64,000 bases of DNA from assembly GCA_965200575.1 (NCBI GenBank), contig OZ241363.1, forward strand, positions 1,722,398 to 1,786,397. Reading direction: 5' to 3'. How positions within the stretch are numbered: the first letter of the stretch is position 1; each line of letters begins with the position of its first letter. Of the stretch, positions 9,410 to 19,500 are shown in pieces. The position numbers and the translations under genes were made by a program. The stretch is from Thermoanaerobaculia bacterium. GTDB lineage: Bacteria; Acidobacteriota; Thermoanaerobaculia; Multivoradales; Multivoraceae. The notes under the pieces are model-generated. The model worked only from the letters and a program-made list of their open reading frames with translations. It was not told the origin of the DNA and ran no database searches.

Positions 9410-10762
9410 ATGAACTCGCCCAGCTTGACCTGCCGCCCCTCCCAGCCCTTCGGCCCCGCCTCCGTCGCCCTGGCAGCGGTGCTGCTGCTCGGCGCCTTCC
9501 AGGTCGCGGCACCCGCGGCCACGCAGGACGGGCGCACCGTGATTCACGCCGGCGCGCTGGTGGACGTCGTGGCCGGCGACGTGCTCGGACCGCACACCAT
9601 CCTGGTCGAGGGTCCTTCGATCACGGGCGTGGCGGAGGGCCTCGCCGACCCCGCCGACGGGGACACGCTGATCGACCTGTCCGGGCACACCGTGCTGCCC
9701 GGCCTGATGGACATGCACGTCCACCTGACCTCGGAGCAGAGCGGCGCGGCCTCGTACCTCGAGCGATTCCAGCAGACCTCGGCCGACATGACGATCAAGG
9801 CGCTCATCTACGCCGAGCGCACGCTGCTCGCCGGCTTCACCACGGTGCGCGATCTCGGCGGCGACACGAGCGCCATCCTGGCCGTGCGAAACGCGATCAA
9901 CCGCGGCGAGATGCCGGGACCGAGGATCTTCGCCGCCACCGCCTCGCTTGCCACCACCGGCGGCCACGGCGACCGGACGAACGGCATGAGGCCCGACCTC
10001 CAGGGCGACCCGGGCCCCAGGGAGGGCATCGTGAACGGCATCGAGGACGCGCGCAAGGCCGTGCGCCAGCGCTACAAGGAGGGCGCCGACCTGATCAAGA
10101 TCACCGCCACGGGCGGCGTGCTGAGCCTCGCCAGGAGCGGCCAGAATCCCCAGTTCACAGAGGAGGAGATCCGGGCGATCGTCGCGACCGCGGACGACTA
10201 CGGCTTCATGGTTGCCGCCCACGCCCACGGCGCCGAGGGCATGAAGCGGGCCATCCGCGCCGGCGTGACGACCATCGAACACGGCACGTACATGGACGAG
10301 GAGGCGTTCGAGCTGATGAAGGAGCACGGCACCTTCTTCGTGCCGACCATCTCGGCCGGGAACTTCGTGGCCGAGAAGGCCGCCGTGCCGGGGTACTTCC
10401 CCGAGATCATCCGCCCCAAGGCCGCCGCCATCGGACCCGTGATCCAGGACACCTTCGCCCGGGCGTGGCGCGCCGGCGTGCCGATCGCGTTCGGCACGGA
10501 CTGCGGCGTCTGCCCGCACGGCAGCAACGCGGAGGAGTTCCTGTTCATGGTCGAGGGCGGGATGCCGCCGATGAGCGCCATCCAGTCGGCCACGGTCGTC
10601 ACGGCAGAGCTGCTCGGCATCGAGGACGAGACCGGCTCGGTCACGACCGGCAAGGCGGCGGACCTGATCGCGGTCGAAGGCGATCCGATCGCCGACGTGA
10701 CGCGGCTGCAGGACGTGAGCTTCGTCATGCGGGCCGGCCGCGTCCACAAGTCCGCCGGCTAG
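9410..10762 (+). CDS. amidohydrolase family protein (imidazolonepropionase/Xaa-Pro dipeptidase-like), secreted
   Basis: ATG preceded by AGGAAGGA. Signal peptide, then metal-binding MDMHVHL, and the later HAHG and FGTDCGV motifs of the amidohydrolase superfamily. Confidence 0.8.
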   Translation: MNSPSLTCRPSQPFGPASVALAAVLLLGAFQVAAPAATQDGRTVIHAGALVDVVAGDVLGPHTILVEGPSITGVAEGLADPADGDTLIDLSGHTVLPGLMDMHVHLTSEQSGAASYLERFQQTSADMTIKALIYAERTLLAGFTTVRDLGGDTSAILAVRNAINRGEMPGPRIFAATASLATTGGHGDRTNGMRPDLQGDPGPREGIVNGIEDARKAVRQRYKEGADLIKITATGGVLSLARSGQNPQFTEEEIRAIVATADDYGFMVAAHAHGAEGMKRAIRAGVTTIEHGTYMDEEAFELMKEHGTFFVPTISAGNFVAEKAAVPGYFPEIIRPKAAAIGPVIQDTFARAWRAGVPIAFGTDCGVCPHGSNAEEFLFMVEGGMPPMSAIQSATVVTAELLGIEDETGSVTTGKAADLIAVEGDPIADVTRLQDVSFVMRAGRVHKSAG

Positions 10763-10932
10763 CGCCGCCAGCCGCATCGCAGTCGCTGCGCCAGGCCCCG
10801 GTTCCTGCCGCTCCGCCAGACCGCCGGCAGGGACAGCGTCCCCGTCCGCGGGCACGTCCGAGAGCTTGTCCGAGACCGGCGACCGCCGCACCCCGTTGTC
10901 TCCGGTGGCGCTCGCAGCCCGGCCCCGCCGTC

Positions 10933-11733
10933 TCAGCCGCGCCGGGCGCCCAGCGTTCGCTCCGTGTAGCGGCGCCGGGCCGCTTCCGACTCCGTATCGC
11001 CCCGCACCCACTGCAGCGTGTCGCCGTCGGCGAAGTCGGTCGCCCCGGCGATCGACCGCGCGACCGCGTTCACGTGGTCCTTCGTGATCGCCGCCGGCAC
11101 GGACGGCATCGCCGCCACGCTGCGGGCGAGCTCCAGGGCCTCTCGTTCAAGCCGTTCCGCGGGGACGATGCGATTGATCATCACCGGAACCTCCGACGGA
11201 CCGAAGCGTCGGCAGGTGACGATCAGCTCCTTGGTCAGCGCCGGACCTAGCTCGCGCACCATGCGCGGAACGCCGCCCCAGGCCAGCGGCAGCCCGAGCT
11301 CGACCTCCGGAATGAAGAACACGGCATCCTCCGCCACCACCCTCAGGTCGCAAGCGGCCATGAGAAGGAACCCACCACCGACCGCGTAGCCCTGCACCTG
11401 GGCCACGGTCAGCGCCCGCATCCCTTCCAGTGCGTCCATTGCCCGCCGTCCGAGCTGCCCCGTTTCCCGCCGCTGCCGCCAGTTCGACGCGGCCGCGTCG
11501 CCGACGGCCGCGAGATCGGCGCCGGCGCAGAACGCCCGGCCCTCCCCGCGCAGCACGACCGCGTCGACCTCGCTCTGACCGTCGAACCAGGCGGCTGCGG
11601 TAGCCAGCTCCCGCAGCATCGCCCCGTTCACCGCGTTCAGCCGTGCGGGACGGGCGAGGGTAAGAAACCCCAGGGCGCCGTCGCGTTCGACCCGAATCGT
11701 CTCGAAGCCAGGACAGGCGTCCATGGCGTTCAT
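10933..11733 (-). CDS. enoyl-CoA hydratase/isomerase (crotonase) family
   Basis: FCAGADL and GYAVGGGFLLMAACDLRV crotonase-fold motifs. Confidence 0.85.
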   Translation of the reverse strand: MNAMDACPGFETIRVERDGALGFLTLARPARLNAVNGAMLRELATAAAWFDGQSEVDAVVLRGEGRAFCAGADLAAVGDAAASNWRQRRETGQLGRRAMDALEGMRALTVAQVQGYAVGGGFLLMAACDLRVVAEDAVFFIPEVELGLPLAWGGVPRMVRELGPALTKELIVTCRRFGPSEVPVMINRIVPAERLEREALELARSVAAMPSVPAAITKDHVNAVARSIAGATDFADGDTLQWVRGDTESEAARRRYTERTLGARRG

Positions 11734-11784
11734 CGTCCGTTTTCTCCTCCGGGCCGTTGGTTCCCGCGCCGCGCACGTCGCGCC

Positions 11785-12660
11785 GTGTCTCTATCATTGC
11801 GTATCCTTGACCTGAGTGTTCGCAGGCCCTGCAGGCCTGACGAACCAGTCCCCGGAATCACGCTCCGGACGACCTCCACACCCGGCGATGCGCGGTTGAC
11901 CTTCCACCTCCACGTTCTTGGCTGCGGAGATGCCTTCAGCAGCGGCGGCAGGCTCCACACCTGCTTCCTGCTGTACGGCGAATCCGAAGACGCCGCCCTT
12001 CCGCCGACGCTGCTCGACTGCGGCGCCACGTCCCTGGCCGCGATGAAGGGCCGGGGAATCGAACCGGCGGCCATCCGCACGATCCTCGTCACCCATCTGC
12101 ACGGCGACCACTTCGGCGGCCTGCCCTTTCTTCTCTCGGACGCGCACTACAGGGCCCGCCGCAAGGAACCGCTGACGCTGGCCGGGCCGCCCGGGCTCGC
12201 CGAACGCCTGGAACGGCTGCAGGAGGCGCTGTACCCGTTCTCGACCCGGCGCGGCCTCGCCTTCGAGGTCGACATCGTCGAACTGCAGGAACGCCAGACG
12301 ACCGAGGTCGGCGGGCTGAGCGTGACGCCGTTCGAGGTCCTGCACCCGTCCGGCGCGCCCAGCTACGCACTTCGCGTCGACTACGCCGGACGCGTCCTGG
12401 CCTACTCCGGCGACACCAGCTGGACAGACGCGCTCGTCGAGGTGGCGGCCGGCGCCGACCTGTTCCTGTGCGAGTGCAACTCGTACGACCGTCCGATCCC
12501 GAATCACCTGAACTACAGGGAACTCATGGCGCGGCGTCACCTCTTCGACTGCGACCGGATGCTGCTGACCCACCTCGGCGAGGACATGCTGGCCCGGGTC
12601 GGCCTCGGCGGCGGCCTGGAGATCGAGGCGCTGGCCGAGGGCGATCTGCACACCATCTGA
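11785..12660 (+). CDS. MBL-fold metallo-hydrolase (RNase Z/ElaC-like)
   Basis: HVLGCGDAF...VTHLHGDHFGGLP metallo-beta-lactamase motifs. The N-terminal ~30 codons are doubtful, so the start is uncertain. Confidence 0.7.
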   Translation: MSLSLRILDLSVRRPCRPDEPVPGITLRTTSTPGDARLTFHLHVLGCGDAFSSGGRLHTCFLLYGESEDAALPPTLLDCGATSLAAMKGRGIEPAAIRTILVTHLHGDHFGGLPFLLSDAHYRARRKEPLTLAGPPGLAERLERLQEALYPFSTRRGLAFEVDIVELQERQTTEVGGLSVTPFEVLHPSGAPSYALRVDYAGRVLAYSGDTSWTDALVEVAAGADLFLCECNSYDRPIPNHLNYRELMARRHLFDCDRMLLTHLGEDMLARVGLGGGLEIEALAEGDLHTI

Positions 12661-12786
12661 CGTTCGGGTCCCCGGCGGCCCCCTGGTACCTGACGGCGGC
12701 ACGGCCGAGCCGCCAGACACTTCGCACGCTCGTTCGTCTGGCCCCAGCCTGCTAGAGTCCGCGCCCGAAACTCACCGGGAGCCACC

Positions 12787-13899
12787 ATGAACTTCGATTT
12801 CTCGGATGCCCAGAAGGCACTGAAACAGCAGACCCGCGACTTCCTGCGCAGCGCATGCGACACCACCGTGCCGCGTCGCGTGCTGGAAGACGGTGACGAA
12901 CCCTTCGCCCGCGAGCTCTGGCAGCAGATCGGCGCCAACGAGTCGGCGGGGATAGCGATTCCCGAGGAGTACGGAGGCATCGGCTTCGGCTACCTCGAGC
13001 TTTGCGTCGTCGCCGAGGAGCTCGGACGCGCCATCGCGCCGGTCCCCTTCTCGTCGTCGGTCTACCTGGCGGCCGAGGCGGTGCTCCTGGGCGGCACCGA
13101 GGAGCAGAAGCAGCGCATCCTGCCGAAGATCGCGTCCGGCGAGACGATCGGCGCCTTCGCTCTGTCGGAAGGACCGGGCCTGACGACGGAATCGAACCTG
13201 CAGGCAACGTTCTCCGGCGGCAAGGTGTCGGGCACGAAGATGCCCGTGCCGGACGGCGACGTGGCCGACGTGTGCATCGTGGCGGCGAAGGACGGCGGCG
13301 GGGTGTCGCTCGCCGTCGTCGACCTGAACGGCGGCGGCGTGTCGAGAGAGCCGGTCGAGACCCTCGATCCGTCCCGTTCCCATGCCCGGGTGACCTTCGA
13401 CGGCGCCGAGGCGGAACTCCTCGGCGAGGCGGGCCAGGGCTGGGCGCTCAAGAATCGCGTGTTCGACCGTGCGGCGGTGCTGTTCGCGATGGAGCAGCTC
13501 GGCGGCGCCGATGCCTGCCTCCTGATGGCTGTCGGCTACGCCAAGGGGCGCTACGCCTTCGGTCGCCCTATCGGCTCCTTCCAGGCGGTCAAGCACAAGC
13601 TGGCCGACATGTACATCAAGAACGAGCTCGCACGCGCCAACTGCTACTATGGCGCTTGGGCGTTGTCCACCGACGCGCCGGAGCTGCCGGTCGCGGCCGC
13701 GGCGGCGCGCGTTGCGGCCACGCAGGCGTTCCACTTCGCCTCGAAGGAGAACATCCAGACTCACGGCGGCATCGGCTTCACCTGGGAGTCCGACTGCCAC
13801 CTCTACTATCGGCGCTCGAAGCTGCTCTCGCTGACCATTGGCAGCGAACGGGTGTGGAAGCACCGGCTGATCGTCGGCCTGGAACAGGAGGCTGCCTGA
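12787..13899 (+). CDS. acyl-CoA dehydrogenase family protein (subunit 1 of an adjacent pair)
   Basis: 370 aa, ACAD fold (GGIGFGYLELCVVAEELGRA...GSFQAVKHKLADMY...QTHGGIGFTWE). Its stop overlaps the next ATG (ATGA). Confidence 0.85.
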   Translation: MNFDFSDAQKALKQQTRDFLRSACDTTVPRRVLEDGDEPFARELWQQIGANESAGIAIPEEYGGIGFGYLELCVVAEELGRAIAPVPFSSSVYLAAEAVLLGGTEEQKQRILPKIASGETIGAFALSEGPGLTTESNLQATFSGGKVSGTKMPVPDGDVADVCIVAAKDGGGVSLAVVDLNGGGVSREPVETLDPSRSHARVTFDGAEAELLGEAGQGWALKNRVFDRAAVLFAMEQLGGADACLLMAVGYAKGRYAFGRPIGSFQAVKHKLADMYIKNELARANCYYGAWALSTDAPELPVAAAAARVAATQAFHFASKENIQTHGGIGFTWESDCHLYYRRSKLLSLTIGSERVWKHRLIVGLEQEAA

Positions 13900-15125
13900 T
13901 GGACTTCAACGACACCCCCGAACAGGCCTCGTTCCGCGCCGAAGTCCGCGGCTGGCTGACCGCCAACGCCGAGCCGCGAAAGGACCGCCCCAGCGTCAGC
14001 CGCAGGCTCGACGCCGAGGAGGGACTCGCCCTCGCGAAGACCTGGCAGGCCAGGAAGGCCGAGGCCGGTTACGCCTGCCGCCACTGGCCGGTCGAGCAGG
14101 GCGGCCAGGGCCGGCCAATGATCGAGTCCATCATCTACGACCAGGAAGAGGCCGCCTTCGACGTGCCGACCGGCTTCTTCAGCATCGGCCTCGGCATGTG
14201 CGGCCCGGTCATGTCCCAGTACGCCACCGACGAGCAGAAGGCCCGCTACATCCCACGCATGATCACCGGCCAGGACGTCTGGTGCCAGCTGTTCTCCGAG
14301 CCGTCCGCCGGCTCCGACGTGGCCGGTCTGCGCACCCGCTGCCACCGTGACGGCGACGACTGGGTGGTCAACGGCCAGAAGGTCTGGACCTCGGGCGCGC
14401 ACTACTCGGACTACGGCATTCTCGTCGCCCGGCACGATTCCTCCCTGCCCAAGCACAAGGGCCTCACCTTCTTCTTCATCGACATGAAGTCGCCCGGCGT
14501 CGAGATCAAGCCGATCAAGCAGATCAACGGCGGCTCGAACTTCAACGAGGTGTTCTTCACCAACGTACGCATACCGGACAGCCAGCGGCTCGGCGCCATA
14601 GGCGAGGGCTGGCAGGTGGCGATCACCACCCTGATGAACGAGCGCCTGGCGGTCGGCGACGCGCCGCCGCCGGACTTCCGCGAGGTGATGAAGCTCGCCG
14701 CGAACTGCGACCTGGAAGGGCGACCCGCCCTGGAGGACGCCGCCGTGCGCGAGAAGATCGCCGACTGGTACGTCCAGTCGATGGGCATGGTGCACACCAA
14801 GACGCGCACCCTGACCGCCCTGTCCCAGGGCCGGGTGCCCGGTCCGGAGAACTCCATCGGAAAGGTCGTCTCGGCCACCAAGCAGCAGGACGTCGCCTCG
14901 TTCGGCGCCGACCTGATGGACATGGGCGGCGTCATCTCCGACCCGGACCTGATGCCCGCGAGCGGCCTGTTCCAGCAGGCCTACCTCTACTCCCCGGGGC
15001 TCCGGATCGCCGGAGGCACCGACGAGATCCTGCGCAACATCATCGCCGAGCGAGTCCTCGGCCTCCCTGGAGAGATCCGCGTCGACCGCGACGTGCCGTA
15101 CAGCTCGATCCCGACAGGGAGCTGA
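13899..15125 (+). CDS. acyl-CoA dehydrogenase family protein (subunit 2 of an adjacent pair)
   Basis: 409 aa, ACAD middle and C-terminal domains (WCQLFSEPSAGSDVAGLRT...DDWVVNGQKVWTSGA...). Translationally coupled to the preceding gene. Confidence 0.85.
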   Translation: MDFNDTPEQASFRAEVRGWLTANAEPRKDRPSVSRRLDAEEGLALAKTWQARKAEAGYACRHWPVEQGGQGRPMIESIIYDQEEAAFDVPTGFFSIGLGMCGPVMSQYATDEQKARYIPRMITGQDVWCQLFSEPSAGSDVAGLRTRCHRDGDDWVVNGQKVWTSGAHYSDYGILVARHDSSLPKHKGLTFFFIDMKSPGVEIKPIKQINGGSNFNEVFFTNVRIPDSQRLGAIGEGWQVAITTLMNERLAVGDAPPPDFREVMKLAANCDLEGRPALEDAAVREKIADWYVQSMGMVHTKTRTLTALSQGRVPGPENSIGKVVSATKQQDVASFGADLMDMGGVISDPDLMPASGLFQQAYLYSPGLRIAGGTDEILRNIIAERVLGLPGEIRVDRDVPYSSIPTGS

Positions 15126-15548
15126 AGCGGACGATCAGTTGCCTCCGAGCTGACGGCCAGGGAGCGGCCTCTGGCCAATGTCTTCGGCGGCAAACACCAG
15201 TCTTGTCGTCTCTTTTTCTTCCGGGAGCACATCGAGAGCCGCAGCCGGCTCCTTTCGTTCCTGGAGCGTGAGCCTGGGACCTTGAAGACCGAGAGTCGGA
15301 GGCGCCTTCGGGAGAACTCGCGGGGATCCCCGAGCGCTTCCACCTGACCATCAGCAGGGAGACATTTGGTCACGCAGTCCGACATGGGGGACTTGCGGAC
15401 TGGCGGCGTCCAACCTTCTCGCCCCCAACCGAGCAGCAGACGCCCGTAGCTCGCGCGGCCCCCGGCGACCGACGCGACAGAGTACGATCAGGGCCGTCGA
15501 GCGGCCCGGCGAGGAAGGTCGCAGCCGTGGCCGAGGAAGGAGGAGACG

Positions 15549-16064
15549 ATGAGCGGGGCGTCGTTCGAGGAGGTCGGCCGGGAGTTGCGCGACCAGACGC
15601 CGGAGATCCGGGACGAGGTGCGGAGCCTTGTCCGCGAGGGCTTCCCCGACACCCGGTTCACGAACATCCGGGTTCATCCCCAACTGTCCTGGCATGGCGA
15701 CGACTTCGTGGACATCTGGGCGGTCCACGAAGGCGAGGTCGACGCGCAGAAGCGAGGCGACCCCACATGGTCACGCAGCCGGAGGTGGGCGACTGGCGCC
15801 CTGAAGGCATCTGACTTCCTTGCGCCTCCGCGGAACGGTAGCGATGCCCCGCACCCAGCTCGAGAAGCACCCCGGGTTCTGGGCCCTCGACCCAGCCCGA
15901 CACACCCCAACACCCTCCTGAGCCGAGGTCTTTCGTTCACCCATGTTGCTGCGGGTCTCGGGCATTCGGCCGGTGAGGGCAGGCCTGTGTTGATGCCCCG
16001 GATCCGCGACCGGGTGCGGGGCCTGGTCCGCGAGGTCGTACCCGAACTGCACTGGACCAACTGA
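15549..16064 (+). CDS. hypothetical protein (possibly frameshifted/decayed)
   Basis: AGGAGG RBS before the ATG. The N-terminal 70 aa and the C-terminal 25 aa look protein-like, but the central part is Pro/Arg-rich and junk-like. Confidence 0.3.
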   Translation: MSGASFEEVGRELRDQTPEIRDEVRSLVREGFPDTRFTNIRVHPQLSWHGDDFVDIWAVHEGEVDAQKRGDPTWSRSRRWATGALKASDFLAPPRNGSDAPHPAREAPRVLGPRPSPTHPNTLLSRGLSFTHVAAGLGHSAGEGRPVLMPRIRDRVRGLVREVVPELHWTN

Positions 16065-16078
16065 AGGGAGGCGGCAAG

Positions 16079-16519
16079 GTGGCTCACAAGCTCGAACCTG
16101 GTGCGGAACAATTGGCGGAGCTCCGGGCTGCCGACCCGGAGGCGCCCGTCGCCGCGCTCAACCTGTTTCAGTTCCGCGAACGGGCGCAGTACAGCCCCGC
16201 CGACGAGGAGTACGGCACTCCCGCTGCCGACGTCTCGGGGCGGGAAGCGTTGCAGCGCTACGTCGCCGCCGGAGGCGAGGTCCTCGCTCGGCTGGGCGGC
16301 CGCGTCGTGCTGACCACGGCGGTCGAGCAGGTGCTGATCGGCCCGGCCGAGCCTCGGTGGGACGTTGCGGCGATCATGTACTTCCCCACCCGCCGGGCGT
16401 TCGTCGAGATGACGATGGATCCGGCGTTTCGGGCTGCCTCCCGCCATCGCAAGGCCGCACTCGCCGGCCATCTGCAGCTGCACGTGGACGGCTCACCCTG
16501 GATGGACGGGCCGGACTGA
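16079..16519 (+). CDS. DUF1330 domain protein
   Basis: GTG start after GAAGGGAGG. ALNLFQFRERAQY...RLGGRVVL...WDVAAIMYFPTRRAFVEMTMDPAFRAA matches the DUF1330 pattern. Confidence 0.65.
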   Translation: MAHKLEPGAEQLAELRAADPEAPVAALNLFQFRERAQYSPADEEYGTPAADVSGREALQRYVAAGGEVLARLGGRVVLTTAVEQVLIGPAEPRWDVAAIMYFPTRRAFVEMTMDPAFRAASRHRKAALAGHLQLHVDGSPWMDGPD

Positions 16520-16587
16520 GGCGCCGACTCCACGTGGGCCTGCCGGCGGCCTGACCGGCCGCCCAGGGTCTGCACTCGGCCGGTACG

Positions 16588-19500
16588 TCAGCTCCCGGCT
16601 GCGAGGTTGCGGAAGTACTCGTCCACCAGTTCCCGGTAGCCGGCGGGCACCTGGTCGGCGTTGCCCAAAAAGACACGTTCCGTTTCGCCGCCTCTGAGGT
16701 CTCGCCACAGGCGGTACTCGAACTGGCGGAGCCCTTCGACGATCTCGTCGCGGAGCCTGTCGAGGGCGAGCGGGTCGCGGTTCAGGCCGAGCAGGTCCAG
16801 GCCCCCCATTTGCTGCAGAAGGCTGTCGAGGTCGGCCGTCTCCATGCGTTGCTGCCGCAGGCCCTCGCGCAGACGCTCCAGGTCGGCCCGACGCTGCCGG
16901 ACTTCGCGGTCGAACTGCCGCAGATCCTCGGCCGGGAAGGTGCCCGGCTGCAGGAAGCCGCCCGAACTGGAACCGTACCGACTCTGCCGGCCTCGGTCCA
17001 TCCCGCCGTCAGGACTCGCCAGCCGGCCGCCGTTCCGGCCGCTCTCGGCCATCTGGTCGCGGCGACGCCCGTCGGCCTGCTGCTCGCCACCTTGCTGGCC
17101 GCCCTGCTGGCCGCCCGATTCCTGGCTGCCGGGCTGCTCACCCCGCTGCTCGGCGCCCTGTTGCTCGCCCACCCGCTGCTGGCCTTCCTGCTGCCCGGGC
17201 CGCTGGCCGAGGCGCCGGTCGCCCTCCGCCCGGTCGCGCAGCCGCGCCTCCATCGAGGCCAGGTTCTGGACCAGGTCGCGGGTCTGCTCCAGAAGCTGAT
17301 CCTCGCGGTCGCCGTTCCCTTCGCCCACGCTGGCCCGCGCGTCGGCGATCCGGTCGCCCACCTCGTCGATGTCGCGCCGGATCTCGCGCTCCAGCATCCG
17401 GGACAGGTCGGGTTGCCGCAACGAGCCCTTCGAGTAGCGGATCCGCTCCTTGAGCTGCTCGTCCCGGATGATCGTGGCCGACTCGCGCAGCTTGCGTGCC
17501 GTCTCCGGCTGGTCCTCACGCGTGCCCTGGCTCATCCGGTTGAGCTGAGCCTCCAGACCGGAGATCTCGTCCGTCAGGCGGTCCTTGCGTTCCATGATCC
17601 GCGCCATCAGGTCCCGCCGCTCGGCCTCCGTGAGGTCGCGGCGCCCCTCGCCGCCCTCCTGCCCGGACAGCTCGCCGACCTGCTCCATGATCCGTTCCTG
17701 CATTCCCGACACCCGGTCGGCGCGTTCCTGGAGCTCCTCCATGTCGCGGCCCAGCTGCCGACGCTGGTTCCGGTCGAGAAGCCGACGCGCCTCGCGCAGC
17801 TTGTCAAGCGCCGCGATGCCCTGAGATCCGGCGGTCGACGGCGACCCTGACGACCCGGCCTGCGACCGCTTCATCTCCTCGGCTGCCTGACGAAGCGCCC
17901 GGGTCGTCTCCTGGAACTCGGGACGCTGCTGCTCGCGAGCCAGACGCTCCAGGCGACGCGCCAGTTCCTCCGTCTCCTCGATCAGATCCTGCTGCCGACC
18001 GCCACCGCCACCACCCTGCTGGGAACGGCTGCGCAGCCTGTTCTGACGCTCGTTCTCCCGCTGCTGACGCCGCGCCAGTTCGCGCAGCTTCTGCATCAAC
18101 TCGTCGACTTCCGCCTGGGCCTGTTCGGCTTCGCCCCGCTGCACCGTCTCGTACTGGTTGCGCAGCTTGTCCAGCTCCAGCTCGAACAGGTCGGCCAGGT
18201 CCTCGGCCAGCTGCTGGCCGCCGCCGCCACCGCCGCCGGACTGGTCGAAGGACACCTGCATCTCGCGGAACGTCGATTCCGCCCGCTGAAGCGAAGCCAG
18301 CGCCTTCTTCTCCTCCGACAGCGCCTCCTCCGCGCGCTCGTGCTCGAGCTCGGCCTGGGCGGCCGCCATCTCCAGGTCCGCCTGCTGCAGATGCCGGATG
18401 ATCTGCGCGAACTCGTCGTCCTGAAGCAGCTGCTGGCCCCGGTTGCCCATGCGGGTCATCAGCTGGGCGACCTGGTCCCGAAGCCGCCCCTGCATCAGCG
18501 ACACCATCCGCATGTTCTCGGACAGCTCCGGGGCGTCGTACTCGTCCCGGTCGCGGACCAGGCGGAATGTCGCCGAGACAATCATCTTCTGCTGCGCGGA
18601 GAGCGCCTGGTCCATGCCGCCGCCGCCTCCGCCCATGGCGCCGCCCTGCTCGGCCTGGCGGTAGTTCCGGTCGAAGGGCCGCACCTCCAGGAAATAGATG
18701 TCGCTGATCGTCGGCTCGGAGCGTCCGCGATCCCAGGCCTCGGCCCAGTAGGAGATCGAGTCCCCCACCTGGAGCTCCATCTCCTCCAGGAACAGGGTGT
18801 GGCCGGCGCTGACCTTCTTCATCGAGGACGCGCTGTCGAGCAGCCGCACCTCCTCCTCCTCGCCGCCGTTCACCGCGTAGCGCAGGTTGAGGCGCCGGAC
18901 GCCGTAGTCGTCCTCGGCCTCGACCTGGGCGAACACCTCGTCGATCATCGTGACCTTCATGTCCCGACCTGGCGCCGTGAAGCGGACGATGGCCGGTTGG
19001 TCCTCGAGCGCCGTGACCATGTACTCCGCCGAGGCCCGGTGCCAGCGGCCCTCGTCGTCCATCAGCTCGACCCGGTAGTAGGTGCTGTCGTCCACCGTGA
19101 AGACCGCGGTCAGGCGGTCTCCCTGGACCGTCAGATCCTGCGGCGCCTCGCCCTCGATCAGCAGGCGCCCCGCCGGCACCTCGAAGATCGGCAGGATGCT
19201 GAACCGGACATCCGTGCCCTGGAGCACGGCGATGTCGCCGCCGTCCTCCACCGTCTGCGTCGTCAGACCGCTGTAGGCGGGGAAGTCGAACACGAGGTCG
19301 ATGCGGTCCACGTACGGCAGGTCCTTCACCCGGATTCGATAGACCGGCGAACGAACGCCCGCGGCATCGACGTAGTAGTCGGTGTCGGCGTTCAAGCTGA
19401 GCGCGATGAAGTCGTGCGTCGCCGCCGCCAGGTCGGCCGGGCGGTCGCCGGCCGTGCCGTCCTCGTCCGCCTCGGCGCCGGCCGCGACCCGGTTCATCGG

